DNA from: Eledone cirrhosa
Lineage: Eukaryota
DNA: 64,000 nucleotides
NCBI GenBank assembly: GCA_964016885.1
Contig: OZ024740.1
Span: forward strand, 302,312,001 to 302,376,000
Direction: 5' to 3'
The notes under the pieces are model-generated. The model did no database searches and was not told the DNA's origin. It saw only the letters and a list, made by a program, of their open reading frames with translations. The position numbers and the translations under genes were made by a program. Each line of letters starts with the position of its first letter. Within the stretch, counting starts at the first letter, position 1. Positions 26,621 to 39,793 of the stretch are shown piece by piece.

Positions 26621-27189
26621 TATATATATATATATATATATATATCACCTTTAACCTACTACCCTTCAAGATTGAACACAATCACCACCCTGATTGTATG
26701 ACTGCCACTAATGTTTCTCCCACACCACTTTCCTTCTATTCCTTATACCACCAAATTATTCCTCCCCCACATTACTGACACCTCCATCACCCCCAATCAA
26801 TACAACAGAAATCCTACCAGTGCAATTATTTCAATTAGTACCACACTAAATTGCCTCCATTCCTTCAAACCCACAACCGCCATCATCACGTTGGTATATC
26901 CCCATCTCCACATTACACGAGACCTTACACAAAAACATCAATCACCACTATGATCAATCCATCACTATCATCACCACCGCAAAACTTATATCTGTCACTC
27001 CTACTACTTCCATCAACACATCACAAACCTTTCTATACTAATACTTTCATCATCATATACCAATATGACAACCATGACACCACTATTACCATCACATCAA
27101 AATACCGACATCACTGCTAATATCATCACCACAACATCAACTACTACCACCACCTCACTGCTACGATTACACCACCACCCCACTATTCC

Positions 27190-27992
27190 AGTACTACTAC
27201 TACTACTACTATTACTACTGCTTCCCTTGTTACTACTACTACTACCACTACTACTACTGTTACTACTACTACTACTACTACTACTACTACCACTACTACT
27301 ACTACTTCCATTATTACTAGCACAGTTACGTCCCTTTACAGACTGAGTTCAAATCCCGCCGAGGTTAACTTTGCCTTTCATCCTTACGGGGTCGATAAAA
27401 TAAAGTACCAGTAATACACTGGAATAATTGCTGGCCTTGTGCCAAAAGTAGAAACAATTACTACTACTACTACTACTACTTCCACTTTTACTACTACAAT
27501 AACGTAAACAAGCTCCACTAAAACAACCACCATCCCCGCCATGAATACTACCATCACTACTATAGCCACTACTACTACTAATGCTACTACTACTACTACT
27601 AATGCTACTACTACTACTACTACTACTACTACAACTGATAATAACAGTACTGCTGCTGTTGTTACTACCACTACTACTACCACTACTACCACCACTAAAC
27701 CTTCTACTACTACTACTACTACTACTACTACAACTTCCACCCCATCACCAAATACCCTACCTCACCAACTATCAATACCTCCAGCTACACAGCACATCAA
27801 AAAAAAAAAGCTGCTGAAATCAATAGACAGCTGTGTTAGTCTAGCGGCAGCCATTGTTCACCTTCCTCTCTGTTCTTCCGACCAAAGTCAACACTGATTT
27901 GGCTGACATATCTTCTTATCTTTTCATCGTCGTGCCGCCGCCATCGCCACCACCACAAACTCACTGCAGCTTCTGTCGCACACTGCAATGTG

Positions 27993-28038
<46 letters not shown>

Positions 28039-28568
28039 GAGAAGTGCACCAGCTAAGATATAAACAACAATAATATTAGCAGTATTACTAACTCTTTAGA
28101 TGGCTGATGCAGGTTTTTTGTTGTTGTTTTTTTTTGTGATATCGTTCGTGTTGTTCTTACTATTAAGAAATGCTGCTGATTAAATCAACAATTGCTACTA
28201 CTACTACTACCATTACTACCACCACCACTACAAGCACTACTACTACCATCACCACTACAACCACTACTACTACCATCACCACCACAAGCACTACAACTAC
28301 TACTACTACTATTACTACTACTACTAATTCTACTACATCTTTCTTTACACAAAAATGCACACAGTATTGTCATGCTTTCTTAATTTGAACACTGTGTCAC
28401 TCCTGAAGAAATAATTCCTGTTTCTACTACATGTTTGTGGGCATATAGCTACGTCCCTTTACGTTCTGATTCCAATCACGCCAAGGCTAAATAAAGTCCC
28501 AGTAACGCACTGGAATCGAGTTTATCAACTTTCCCTTCTCCGAAGTATGTGACTAAATAAGAAACCAT

Positions 28569-28613
<45 letters not shown>

Positions 28614-28630
28614 CACCATCACTACTACTA
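27190..28630. repeat. (CTA/CAC)n trinucleotide microsatellite zone with embedded SINE S2 pieces (27322-27460, ~28440-28570)
   Basis: Direct reading; SINE 3' ends GAAAC(A/C)ATTA run straight into (CTA)n. Confidence 0.85.
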
Positions 28631-28632
28631 CT

Positions 28633-28826
28633 AATAATTGTTTCTACTTTTGGCACAAGGCCACCAATTATCCAGTGTATTACTGGTACTTTATTTTATC
28701 GACCCTGTGAGGATGAAAGGCAAAGTTAACCTCGGCGGGATTTGAACTCAGAATGGCAAGGGCCGTAACTCTATGCGTCAAAGCACGGCGTCCGACCCTC
28801 TACCGATACTGCTAATCTATCGCCCT
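28633..28826 (-). mobile_element. tRNA-derived SINE (family S2), full length
   Basis: Minus strand GGGCGATAGATTAGCAGTATCGGTAG (box A) ... GAGTTCAAATCC (box B) ... GCCTTTCATCC..GGTCGATAAAATAAAGTACC; close to the copies at 27343-27460 and 53323-53508. Confidence 0.85.
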
Positions 28827-29102
28827 TCTACTACTACTACTAATAATAATGATTTCATTTATTGGCCACAAGGGCCGACATATAGGGGACAACACAATAG
28901 ACAGGGACAGTGGGGGTTTACATAGAGATCGAGTAAGTATAAATAACAAAAAACAAAATAACAATAAAAATACAACAATGAAAGTTCCCCAATAAGAGGG
29001 ATCACCACCCAGGGTTGACTCAAGCACCCCACCAGTCCTGAGCCACCTGACGCTCCTAGGGCACCCGGGAAGGGCACCCCTCTCCTTCTCGAATTCACCA
29101 GC

Positions 29103-32100
29103 CTACAGGCGCATGATCAGAGTAGGCCCACTCACGCGGGCCATTCTCGCCACATTCACCCACCTTTCAGTAAATGTACTGGGGGGCAGCACTTCTCTCT
29201 CCACCCTCACCTTCCTTTCCAAGTGAAACTTGAAGAAGTTGATGAGGGATTGGCCGAAGAGAAAAGTGTCTGTCTTCAGTCCTTTCAACCTGGTCCACCA
29301 TGCAACCTCTTTCGCTACTGCCACCAGGCAGAGGAAAATTGCCTGCCCTTCCTGACCAAAAGAAGGCGGCGGGTCAATCTTCACTATGGACTCGGACGAT
29401 AGCCGGATCCGTTCTACACGCGACAATAGCTGTTCGACATAACCCCACAAGTCAGCAATGCACGGACACTGGACGAGTGCGTGCAGAACGGTTTCGTCGC
29501 TCTGCGCGCATCTCGGGCAGGTTCGTCTGACAGCACTTCCGTGCCTGTAGAGTTTATCCCGAACCGGCAGCGCCCCCCGGTAGCACTGCCAAGCGAGGGA
29601 TTTCTGGAAGTTATCCATCGTCCCCGGCTCGAAAGTCCTCCGGAACATACTGGTCAGTTCTACTTCGTTGACGCCTAGAGCCTCTCCTAGTACGTCATCG
29701 TACTTGCCCTCCACTAATCCTCTATAGAAATCTTGAGTGGAAGTTCCACTGACCGCATTGCCCACCTTGCAGAGTGCAGTGAGCGCCTGGCAACATTCCA
29801 GATGCCAGTCGCCCAGTCTCGGTCTCTTCTTGACCCAGGACTGCAGCTCAGTCAAAGAGATGAGCTGCGGAAAGGCCCGTCTTTACAAACGGCGACCACA
29901 CCTGTTCACCGTTTAGGCAAAATATCTGGAGATGTCGCAGCCTCAGCGCATTTCTGCGCATCATTAGCCACGGCATGCCGAGCCCTCCACGAAGAGGGTG
30001 CTGGCAGCAGATGGACCGCCTCACCAACGGGACCCGTCCCCTCCACAAAAATTTGAAAAGGAGCCGTTCCAAATTGGCGAGGCGTGGACGGGGGCAAGGC
30101 ACGACGGTCAGGCGGTAGTAGATGACGGACGCGATGTACGCGTTCGCCACCTCCGCCCGCCCTTTCAGTGATAGCTTTCTCTCAGCCCATTTCTGGGTGA
30201 GGTTGGCTGTCCTGCTCGTCACCTCGTCCCAATTCTTATCCACCTGGAGGTCTGGTCCGAACCAAACCCCGAGCAACTTTACCGGTCCGTCTGTCCAGCG
30301 CCCAACGACGCTGTTGGACGGCATGGACTTGCCTCTCCAGGTGCCGAGCTGCAAGCCCACCGACTTTTCCGGGTTAAGTTTTGCTCCCGTCAACCTTTCA
30401 TATTCCTCCAAATGGGTGCGGATCACCTCGATTTCCGAGGTGTCCGACACCATCACGGTGATGTCGTCCGCATAAGCGGACGCAGCCTTTCTACGTCCCG
30501 GTTCGAGCGGGATGCCCTGCAACAACTCCAGCTTCCGCAGTAGAGGCTCAAGAGTCAATACGTACAGAAGTGAGGAGAGAGGGAACCCTTGACGGACCGA
30601 TCGAGAGATCTGAAACGGTTCCGAGAGGTGGCCATTAACTTTGACCACCGAGCAGATGCCGCTGTACATTGCAGCGATCCAGCTTCTGAAGACGGGGCCG
30701 AAGCCAGCCGCCTCGAGGACAGCCTCCAAGTACCGATGGTCGACCCTATCGAATGCTTTCGATTGATCTAAATTGATCAGAGCCCCACCGAAGCCAGGTT
30801 TGCATCCAACCCTCTCTATGATGTATCGCATGAGGTGGAGGTTGTCGTGTATGGACCTGGTCGGGATTGCGCAAGTTTGCGCCTCCCCAACCAAATCTTT
30901 GACGACAAGCGCCAACCTTTTCGCTAACACCTTGGCCAAAATCTTAAACTCTGTGTTGAGCAGGGTTATGGGCCTGAAATTATCTAGTGTGTCCCTCTTG
31001 TTCTCGTCTTTCCTTATCAGCGTCACTACGCCACGGCTCACAGAACTGGGAATGCTCCCGTTCTGCTGCCAGTTGCAGTAGAGCGCTTCGAGGAGATCGG
31101 AGAACAAGTCTGGCATATTTACGTAAAGCTCGTAGGGCAGACCATCCAAACCGGGTGACTTGCGACTCGAGCAGCCGACAAGGGCGTCCTGAATTTCGAC
31201 TGATGTTATCGGCTCTTCGCAGCGCTCAGCGTCGGCCGTCGAGAGGCGTGGCAAGCCGTCGAGGTAGGGACTGAAGTCCGCCGCCGTCTCCGACTCACCC
31301 ATCCTCCCGAACAATCGAGCAAAGTGCTGGCGAAAGGCCTCACACATCTGCTTGGAATCGCTCAGTTCGTGCCCATCTCGATCCGTCAAAGACCGAATTG
31401 TGGTTTTATTTCCACGCTGCGTCTCTGCAAAGCGAGCCCATCGGGCAGCTTTGGTTCCCTCGTTCCTCAGAGCACGCGCCTTAGCTCTGACAATGCAACC
31501 TTCGTGTTTCGCATTGAAGAAATGGTCTAGTGCCATTCTCGCCGCTAGCACGTCTGTTGCAATGCCACTACAAATAGCCTCGTCTAACTTAGCTATCAGC
31601 CCCTCCTCCTTTCTATTTTTCTCTATTGCTACTTCTTTGCTAAATCCTATCGAGGTTGCTCTAATCTCTCTTTTGAGAGCCCCCCCACCACCTGTTGTTG
31701 ACAACCCCCCCTGTCAACTTTTGCTTAACTAAGTTGTTGACCCGGTCCCTGTAAGCTTTACGTGCCGGAAACGACATGTTTAGCTTCCAGTAGCTAGGTC
31801 CTAACCTACGTGTCTTATCTAGGTCGACCATACAGATCACAAGCTTGTGATCTGAATAGGCGACCGTTTTAAAATGTGGACATCCTACACTATTTCTATC
31901 TCTTTTCCTAATGAAAATCCTATCTATGTACGATCTAGATGACCCTATGCGATTGGTCCAGGTCCATACTGGCGCATTAGGGAAATCTAGTCGGTACCTG
32001 TCAGACAGTTGAAACTGGCTAATCAGGTACTTGAGGCTTTTGCACCCCCCGCTCCTATCAGATACTCCCACACAATCCCAGCGTGCTTCTAAGATGCCAT

Positions 32101-32524
32101 TCCAATCCCCTATTAACAGCAAAGGGCGAGACGTAAGCAGAAAGTTTTCCAGGCGACTAGAGAAGTCCGGCCGACCGGCCCCAGTAGGGGCGTAGACGGC
32201 CACCAGTCTAAAGGCACCACCTTCGCTATTGCTCACGTCCAGGACCACCAACTTTCCGTCAGGATCCCGGAAGATTGACCTTACCTCGAGATCCAGACAT
32301 TTCCTAAACAGCACAGCCACTCCACCTCCCATTCCCGGCCGACTAACAGATGCAAAGATCTGATAATTGTCGAAAATCGGCGCCAGTGCGCGTGTGTCGG
32401 AAATTCTGGTCTCGCTGATGGCAATTACATCCATTCCTAGTGACCTGAGGTCGTTGAGCAAGTGACCTTGCTTCCAGGGCGACCCCAGGCTACGAACATT
32501 TAAACTTCCTACTCTTATGGTCAT
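29103..32524 (-). CDS. Tx1-like ORF2 (AP endonuclease, RT, C-terminal zinc finger) split by two frameshifts into 31661-32524, 29848-31704 and 29103-29855
   Basis: SLNVRSL, ISET, VYAP, GDWN, SYIDRIF, SDH, YWKLN; KSPGLDGL, FRPITLLN, LDQSKAFDRVDH, VRQG.PLS, YADD, KLLGV; CPRC..SDETVLHALVQC. Confidence 0.92.
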
Positions 32525-33002
32525 GCTGGCAGGATGAATGGGAGAGGAAAGGTTTACTTACCTTCCGGGGTCTTGTGAAGGTCGGGTGGTTCGACCTCCA
32601 TGGTTTGTGGGGTTTCTTTTGGGAACCCCTTTAATAGTCTTGAGGTGGGTTTTACGTTCGGGGTTCCGACATCCCGAGGAAAGCTCTTTCGAATTTCTTT
32701 GTATGAAGCGAGCGACATTCGCATCAGAAGCAAATTATCTGGTACGCGAAATGTGCTCGCTTCAAATGTTTCCCCCTCTTTTTCGATGTTTGTGCTTCGT
32801 GCTACATGGGCCATCAATTAATTCCTTGTTGGCCCTTCTGGCAAGCACGAAGTTTTTAATGTTTTGTTGCTCGGGTTTTATTTGTTCGTGTGATTGTGGT
32901 GATGATAGCTTTGTTAGTGTTGTTTCTATTATGTCTGCGTTTGTTGTGAGTGGGGTGTCTGTAGTTTCTGATGTTTGTGTGTCTATTTGTTCTTGTGTCT
33001 GT

Positions 33003-34469
33003 TTAGCTTGTTTGCGTTTGGGGGATTTTGGTGGTTGTGTTGGTGATGCTGTGGGGAAAATGTTTGTGTGGGTGGTGTGTGTATTTTTTTTTGTGGGGGT
33101 GTTTGTGCTTTGTGGATTTCTTTTTTTTTTGTGTTTTGTTTTTTTGTATTTTGGGGGACTTTGGTTTTCCCTCATCTTCACTGCTGGAGGATGAGGGGTC
33201 TGTGGCTGTGAGCGTGTTTGTGTCTGAGTGAGTGTTTATGTTCTTGTTCGTGTGTGTATTTTGGGGGGGAGGGGGAATGGAAGAGCTTTCCTCGTTTCCC
33301 CCCTGGGTGTGCGATTTTGGTGGTTCCATTGTTGACGGTGTTGCTGGTGGTCCTTGTCCCGGCGTCGCCAGCAGTGGAATCTTTCGACCCCTTGCGCTTT
33401 TCGGCAGTTGAGGGCAGAAGGCTCGCAAGTGTGTCGTTTCCCCACAAAGGAAACAATGCGACCTTTTGCCCTCAGTCATTATATGCAACACCCTCCCGTT
33501 TTGGAGGCGGATGTGGTCCGGGATTGCTTTTACGTTTTCGGGTCTGATTTGGAGCAGTATCTCCAGATCAACCCCGGACCAGTCGTCCCTGGCAGTTCTC
33601 GTTGCCTCTACCGGGACTGTATCCGTTCCTTCCACGATTACGCAACCCAGGAGCCACCACATATCAAGTCCTGGTGGAATCCTGGGAATGCGCACACGTG
33701 CTATTCGTTTTCCCATGTGGGAGGGGTACATTATGACCTTGCTGGTTTTGCAAGGGGTCATTGAATGCTTCACAGCGAGGGCTTCAGACTTGAACAGCAC
33801 CGAAACGGTGCCGTATTGCCTGCCCCTCTCTATGAAGTCTGTGTCCTCTCTGATGTATTTCAGTGCGGCTTCTATATCAGCTTGGGCGATTATCGCTGCC
33901 CTCTTTGTCTCTACTGAGATGCATCTGAAATGCACCGTTCTTTTTTCCACTGCCTCAATGGCTTCTGCCGGGACAGTTAAGTTTGCCCAGGTCTGCTCTT
34001 GATTTATGATTTTCCAGGCCTGGGCCAACTTTTCCTCTCTGTTGGTTAAGTCGATGCTGTAGCATGGTCTCCTTTTAGCCGCTGCCACAGCAGCGAAGGT
34101 GTTCTTGTTGGTGTTGTCACTGTTGTTGTTCTTGTTGGTGTTGCTGCTGCTATTGCTGTTGTTGTTCTCCCCTGTGTCGTGGTTACCCTCTGTGCTGTTG
34201 GCCTTGTTGGTGCTGCTGCTGTCGCTACTATTACTCTCTGTGCTGTTCGTTTTGTTGGTGCTCTCGCTATTACCACCTTCTGCGCTGTTCGGCTTGTTGG
34301 TGTTGGTGTTGTCGCTGTTACCACCTTCCGCGCCGCTCGGCCCGTTGGTGCTGGCACTGTCGCTGCTCACACTCGTGCTGGTGGCGCTCCTCGCCCCACC
34401 TCTCCTCTCAACGCTCAAGTCGCCGTTGCACGACAGCAGACTCGCCTCTAGGGGGCGTGGCTCCGCCAT
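33003..34469 (-). CDS. Tx1-like ORF1 (gag-like, CCHC zinc knuckle)
   Basis: 488 aa; CFLCGETTHLRAFC = CX2CX4HX4C; Ser/Asn/Thr-rich repeated N-terminus; basic C-terminus probably continues by frameshift to ~32554. Confidence 0.85.
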   Translation of the reverse strand: MAEPRPLEASLLSCNGDLSVERRGGARSATSTSVSSDSASTNGPSGAEGGNSDNTNTNKPNSAEGGNSESTNKTNSTESNSSDSSSTNKANSTEGNHDTGENNNSNSSSNTNKNNNSDNTNKNTFAAVAAAKRRPCYSIDLTNREEKLAQAWKIINQEQTWANLTVPAEAIEAVEKRTVHFRCISVETKRAAIIAQADIEAALKYIREDTDFIERGRQYGTVSVLFKSEALAVKHSMTPCKTSKVIMYPSHMGKRIARVRIPRIPPGLDMWWLLGCVIVEGTDTVPVEATRTARDDWSGVDLEILLQIRPENVKAIPDHIRLQNGRVLHIMTEGKRSHCFLCGETTHLRAFCPQLPKSARGRKIPLLATPGQGPPATPSTMEPPKSHTQGGNEESSSIPPPPQNTHTNKNINTHSDTNTLTATDPSSSSSEDEGKPKSPKIQKNKTQKKKKSTKHKHPHKKKYTHHPHKHFPHSITNTTTKIPQTQTS

Positions 34470-34757
34470 GTTTTTTTGAGAAAAAAAATTATTATTTTTC
34501 CAAAATAACGTTCAAATATTTGGGCCAAAAGGCCCAAATATTATGAGTTATTCCTTCACAGGATACAAATGAATGTCTTATAATGCTTCAGCGGTACAAA
34601 AAAATAAACAATTCTCCACAATTAATCCTCAAAAAATTGCTTACTCACGGAGCTTCAAAAAACGTACATCCACTTTCGTCAATAATAATAATAATAATAC
34701 CCCTGATACTACTATTACTACTACTACTACTAGTAGTAGTAGTATTACTACTGCTAC

Positions 34758-34975
34758 TGGCAGTGAATTGGCGGTATTTGAGCGGCGTCGGACAACATGT
34801 TTTCGGTATATAATTACGTGCCTTTACGTTGATTACAATCCCGCCAAAGCTTGCTTTGGATTTCATCTTACGGTATCGATAAAATAAAGTACCAGTAACC
34901 CATTGGGGTAGATTTAACCAAATTCACCTCCTCCAAAATTGTTGACATTGTGCTTAAATTGGAATCCATTATTAA
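34758..34975 (+). mobile_element. SINE family S2, diverged
   Basis: GGCAGTGAATTGGCGG head ... AATCCCGCC..TTTCATC..TCGATAAAATAAAGTACCAGT. Confidence 0.65.
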
Positions 34976-35094
34976 TATTATAGTCGGAGTAGTTTTTATT
35001 TGTGTTGTTGTTGTCATTTTATGCAAATATTTTTAATGCTGCTAGTGTTTATTGACACAGTACTTTCGATAACATACATAGACAAATATATATA

Positions 35095-35400
35095 TACATG
35101 GCATTCGTGCCAAACCTTACCTATGGTCATACATCTTGAGTAATGAACGAAAGAATACGATCGCGAATACAAGCTGCCAAAATGGGGTTCCTCCGAAGAG
35201 TCCTTGGAGTAACGTTACTCGATGATGTGCCTAGCTTGGAGATAAGAGTCACTCCATATAGAACAGCGACTTATTCGAATTGGGAGATCACAGCTTCGAT
35301 ATTACAGGCATGTGGTAAGAATAACATAAGAAAGTATCACTGTAAAACCTGCCGTTAGTAGGCCTAAAAAGATATTTGGATAGCAATAATGATCTCAGCT
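35095..35400 (+). pseudogene. RTE/RTE-X LINE 3' fragment
   Basis: PNLTYGH..MNERIRSRIQAAKMGFLRRVLGVTLLD; ends near a (TAG)n run. Confidence 0.7.
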
Positions 35401-36324
35401 TGGTTGTAGTAGTAGTAGTAGTAGTAGTAGTAACATTATACGTAATGTCTTGATATACCAGTCTCTAATCTCAGTGAAAAACTTCATAACACTTGATTGA
35501 CGAAATTGTAGAATGCCGGTTTAAATCATTCATGATATTTTACTTTTATCCATTTATATTGTGAGATCATGTCAAGGTCAACTAAGTGTTCTATCTCTGC
35601 AGGGTCGATAAAATAAGTACCAATTATGTACTGAGCAAGATTGAATTATCTGTACATTTTTCTTACAAATTTCTTGTGTTGTGCCAGAATGAGAAATCAA
35701 TATTATAGCCGTCTCCTCACACGGTAACTTAACGACGCATTTGTTATATTATATAGTGATCAGTGGACTCATACTTGTTTCCTCTTTATTTATTTTCTTG
35801 GTGTTCTCTACCAGTAATCATTTTTCAATTCCACTAACTAGCTGCAAAGACACACACAACGTGTACATACACGGCTCATATAAACTGAATACCAAATGAA
35901 GTAGAATTGTGTGTAGAAGACAGTTGCTGGAAAAGAGCTTATTGTGAATTCATTATTGAATGCCTAAAATATACTACGCTCTGACATCAAGTCTAAATTT
36001 AAAGAACGGAAACTAGAGTAGTGTTTTCGTTCCTTTTTTTTTGTACTGAAGCTATTATCTCATCTTTCTACACAGAAGCGTTCTCTGATTCAAAGTTGAA
36101 AGTTAAATAACGTTACTAGCTGAAAAACTACCCTTCGAATGGTTTTCTGCTAGCATGTGTATATTGATATTATACGCAAGTATATATACATGTAGATATG
36201 ATACATCAAATAAAATCGTAATTGCCAATATAAACAGAAATTGAACGAAGACATTGTTACACTGTCTTATGTAATCAGTAACGTAATCCATGATACATTA
36301 AAAAAAAGACGATATTATATATAA

Positions 36325-39300
36325 ACGAGTGGCCGCCGCTGACACCAGACCAGGTGTCATACCGACAGCCATTACTGGCACCCCAAAAGTCACACCAGTG
36401 CTGCTGCTGAATGTCAGAGGCCTGGTGAAACTCAGTAACATGAGTAAAATTTCCTACCTGGGAGACTTAGCCATAAGGAATCAAGCACTATGCATGGCAC
36501 TAACTGAAACGCACCTGACAAGCAGTATAGCAGATGCAGAAATACATATACCGAAATATACTGTATTTCGTTCGGACAGGAAGGAGAGAACTCATGGTGG
36601 GGTTGCTCTGTATATCCGTGAAGATGTCACACCAATTGTACTGTTGACACATTCAAACTCAGTCTGTGACACACTGATAATACATATGAAGCAACTACAG
36701 ACAGTAATATGTGTCACATATCGGCCTCCCGATGCCCCCAGTCATGTGGGTAAATTTGAGGATAGCCTAAGTAGGATAGAAGAGGTCCTTGACAAACTGG
36801 ACCAGGGTCTCAACATCCTACTGCTGGGAGACTTCAACCTACCAAAGGTCAAATGGCCTGAGGGCCACCTCCTCCCTGGAATAACGTCAATAGAACAGAG
36901 ACAGACGGAATCCTTGCTTGCCCTCACACACAGGCTGTTCATGGAGCAAGCAATACTCCTCCCAACAAGAGGCGAAAATGTCCTGGACCTCTGTTTTACA
37001 AACAACGAAGTGCTCATCCACAATGTAAAGGTGACACCAACAATTCTCTCGGATCATAACTTAGTAGAGCTAATATGTGGTCCAAGAGAACCAACAGAGA
37101 CAAAACCACCAAGAAGCTCCGGGACGCTTTCCAGCCTTAACTTCTACAAGGCTAACTGGAAAAAGATTAAGAGAGAAATCCGGAAGCAAACATGGAGTGA
37201 AAACACCGCCACACAAGACACTAACACACAATTTCAGCACTTCATAACAACGATACACACTGTGTGCAAAAAGTTTGTCCCGGAGAAAGAGGCAAACAGA
37301 CACAAAAATCTTATTCCCAGAGATAGGAAAATCCTTATGAGGCGTAGAACTAAACTCTCAAACCAGTTGAATAGTCAACAAAACAAAAACAAGAAGGAAT
37401 TCTATTTGAAACGTGCACTACTTGACACCGAGATTGCACTCAAACTTTCCCATGAGAATGAGAGAGCAAAGAAAGAGAACAGGGCCATAGAAAAGATTAA
37501 AACAAACCCTAAGGCCTTCTTTAAATTTGCAAAAGAAACTGCCTCAGTACACTGCAAGATTGGGCCACTCTTCCATACGGACGGTTCATTAACCGAAAAC
37601 CCCCAAGAGATATGTGAAATACTGAACGAACAGTACAAAAGTGTGTTCACATGTCCACTGAGGCACATGCAAATAAAAAGCCAGAGGAGTTCTTTGATGC
37701 CACAACACTACATCAAGAAATGGCAACCATCAACCACATAGACATAATGGAGGAGGATGTGGTGTACGCCATTGATGAAATTAGAACAGACGCGGCTGCT
37801 GGACCTGATGGATTCCCAGCAGTTCTCTTAAAAATATGTAAGCGGGCCTTAGCAACTCCACTGAAGATGCTCTTCAGAAGCTCCTTGGCTAGCGGTGTAC
37901 TACCCAGGGAGCTGAAAGAAGGCACAATATGCCCTATCCATAAAGGAGGTAGCAGAGTGGAGGCCAAAAACTATAGGCCAGTCTCCCTGACGTCGCATAT
38001 CAGTAAGGTCATGGAGCGAGTCGTCAGAAAGAAACTGATCACTTTCCTCGAGGAAAATGACCGCCTGACTAGCACGCAACATGGCTTCTTCCCAGGAAGA
38101 AGCTGCCTTACACAGCTGTTACATCACTACGACTGGGTACTGAGACAACTACTAGACAGCTCACATGTGGACGTGATATATCTTGACTTTGCGAAGGCCT
38201 TTGACAAGGTCGACCACGGAATGATATGTCACAAAGTACACGGACTCGGCATAACTGGAAAAGTAGGTGAGTGGCTGCAGGGCTTCCTAAGGGACAGAAG
38301 CCAGGCAGTCGCAGCAAATGGTGCCCTCTCGAGGGAGACACCAATAACGAGTGAGGTGCCCCAGGGGACAGTCCTGGGACCACTACTGTTTTTGGTGGCT
38401 CTCTCAGACATGCCCTCTGTAGTGCATACAACAACATCCCTCACTAGCTATGCTGATGACACTAAGGTAGCACAGGCAATCAAAAACCCGGCTGACGCTG
38501 CCCTTTTACAGCAGGATCTGGATGCCATATACAAATGGGCGGAAGAAAACAACATGCAGTTTAATGCTGGCAAATTCCAAGCCCTACAATACAAACCTCC
38601 AAACAAACCTGTAAACACAAATATAGTGGAACACAACTACACAGGACCAGGAGGGACCGATATTCCCGTGTCAAAATCGATACGAGACCTGGGTATAGAC
38701 ATGAGCGATGATGCATCTTTTTCTTCACACATCATGAAAATGGCGACAATGTGCAGACGACTCGCTGGCTGGATCTTGAGGACATCCGGACAAGAGATCG
38801 AGACACCAAGTTGACACTATGGAGGACATTTGTCCTAAGTCGCCTGGACTACTGCTCCCAGTTGTGGTCACCCCATAGTGTCAAACTAACCACGGAGCTT
38901 GAGGCAATCCAGCGAAGCTACACCAAGAGGATTGCCAAGATGAGGGAGACAAGCTACTGGGAGAGGCTAAATGAACTGAACCTCTACTCCTTGGAGCGAA
39001 GACGGGAGAGATACGCAGTGATCTACATGTGGAAAATCCTGGAGGGACTAGCACCAAACTTTGGCATTGGGAGCTGAACCAACCGTCGAACAGGACGTCA
39101 CTGTGTGGTGCCAAAGGTCCCGTCTTCCACATCTAGAATAAGGAGCAGGTATTGCAATAGCCTGGGATTCAAGGGCCCTCAACTCTTCAACAGGCTGCCG
39201 AGGGATCTGAGAGATTTGCATGACGTGGAGGTGGATGTCTTCAAGAAACATCTCGACACCTTGTTATCCAGGATCCCGGATGAGCTCACAGCAAGACACG

Positions 39301-39434
39301 AGGGAAACCTAAGGGCAGCAGCAATAAACTCCCTCTTACACCAGTGGCCAACCTATACAGGCTGGAGATAAAATGTGTAGCAACAAGGGCGGATGGCTGA
39401 AACAGGTAAAAGAGTAAAAGAGTAAAAGAGTAAA
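36325..39434 (+). mobile_element. CR1-group LINE, ORF2 only (APE + RT), frameshifted, with an 8-mer tandem tail
   Basis: ORFs 36329-37741 (LNVRGL, LTETHL, HGGVALY, YRPP, GDFN, LDLCF, SDH), 37651-38814 (AGPDG, NYRPVSLTS, YLDFAKAFDKVDH, VPQGTVLGPLLF, YADD, DLG) and 38751-39371; tail (GTAAAAGA)n at 39406-39434. Confidence 0.9.
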
Positions 39435-39735
39435 CTGCATTATGAGAAAATTAGTGACAGAAAATTAGTATGTTTATTTAAGTGATCGCCACCGGAAGTG
39501 TTGACATCACACACTCTCTCCTATATATATGTTAGTTGAAGTGCTGTTGGTGGTGCCAGCGATATACCGGAAGTGCAACTTTGAAAAGAAGTCAATTTTA
39601 AATTATTTATTTTTACGGAATTATTTTTGTTTACGAAATTTAGTAGATAAATTATGTAATATTCATTCATTACTGACACTTTCACCACTTCCGTTGCCAC
39701 TGAAACAATAGGAACAGTGATAACACCGTAGACAG

Positions 39736-39793
<58 letters not shown>

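Larger units (their letters stand above)
28851..34680 (-). mobile_element. Tx1/L1-clade non-LTR retrotransposon, near full length (~5.8 kb), inserted in (TAA)n
   Basis: ORF1 plus APE-RT-zf ORF2, AATAAA just before the 3' end, AATAATAAT runs at both junctions. Confidence 0.92.

Noticed and set aside
27065-28388. Mucin-like Thr-rich ORFs
   Set aside because: (CTA)n microsatellites continuous with SINE tails; no splice or domain evidence.
29300-34479. Many plus-strand ORFs over the Tx1 element
   Set aside because: Antisense shadows of GC-rich coding sequence.
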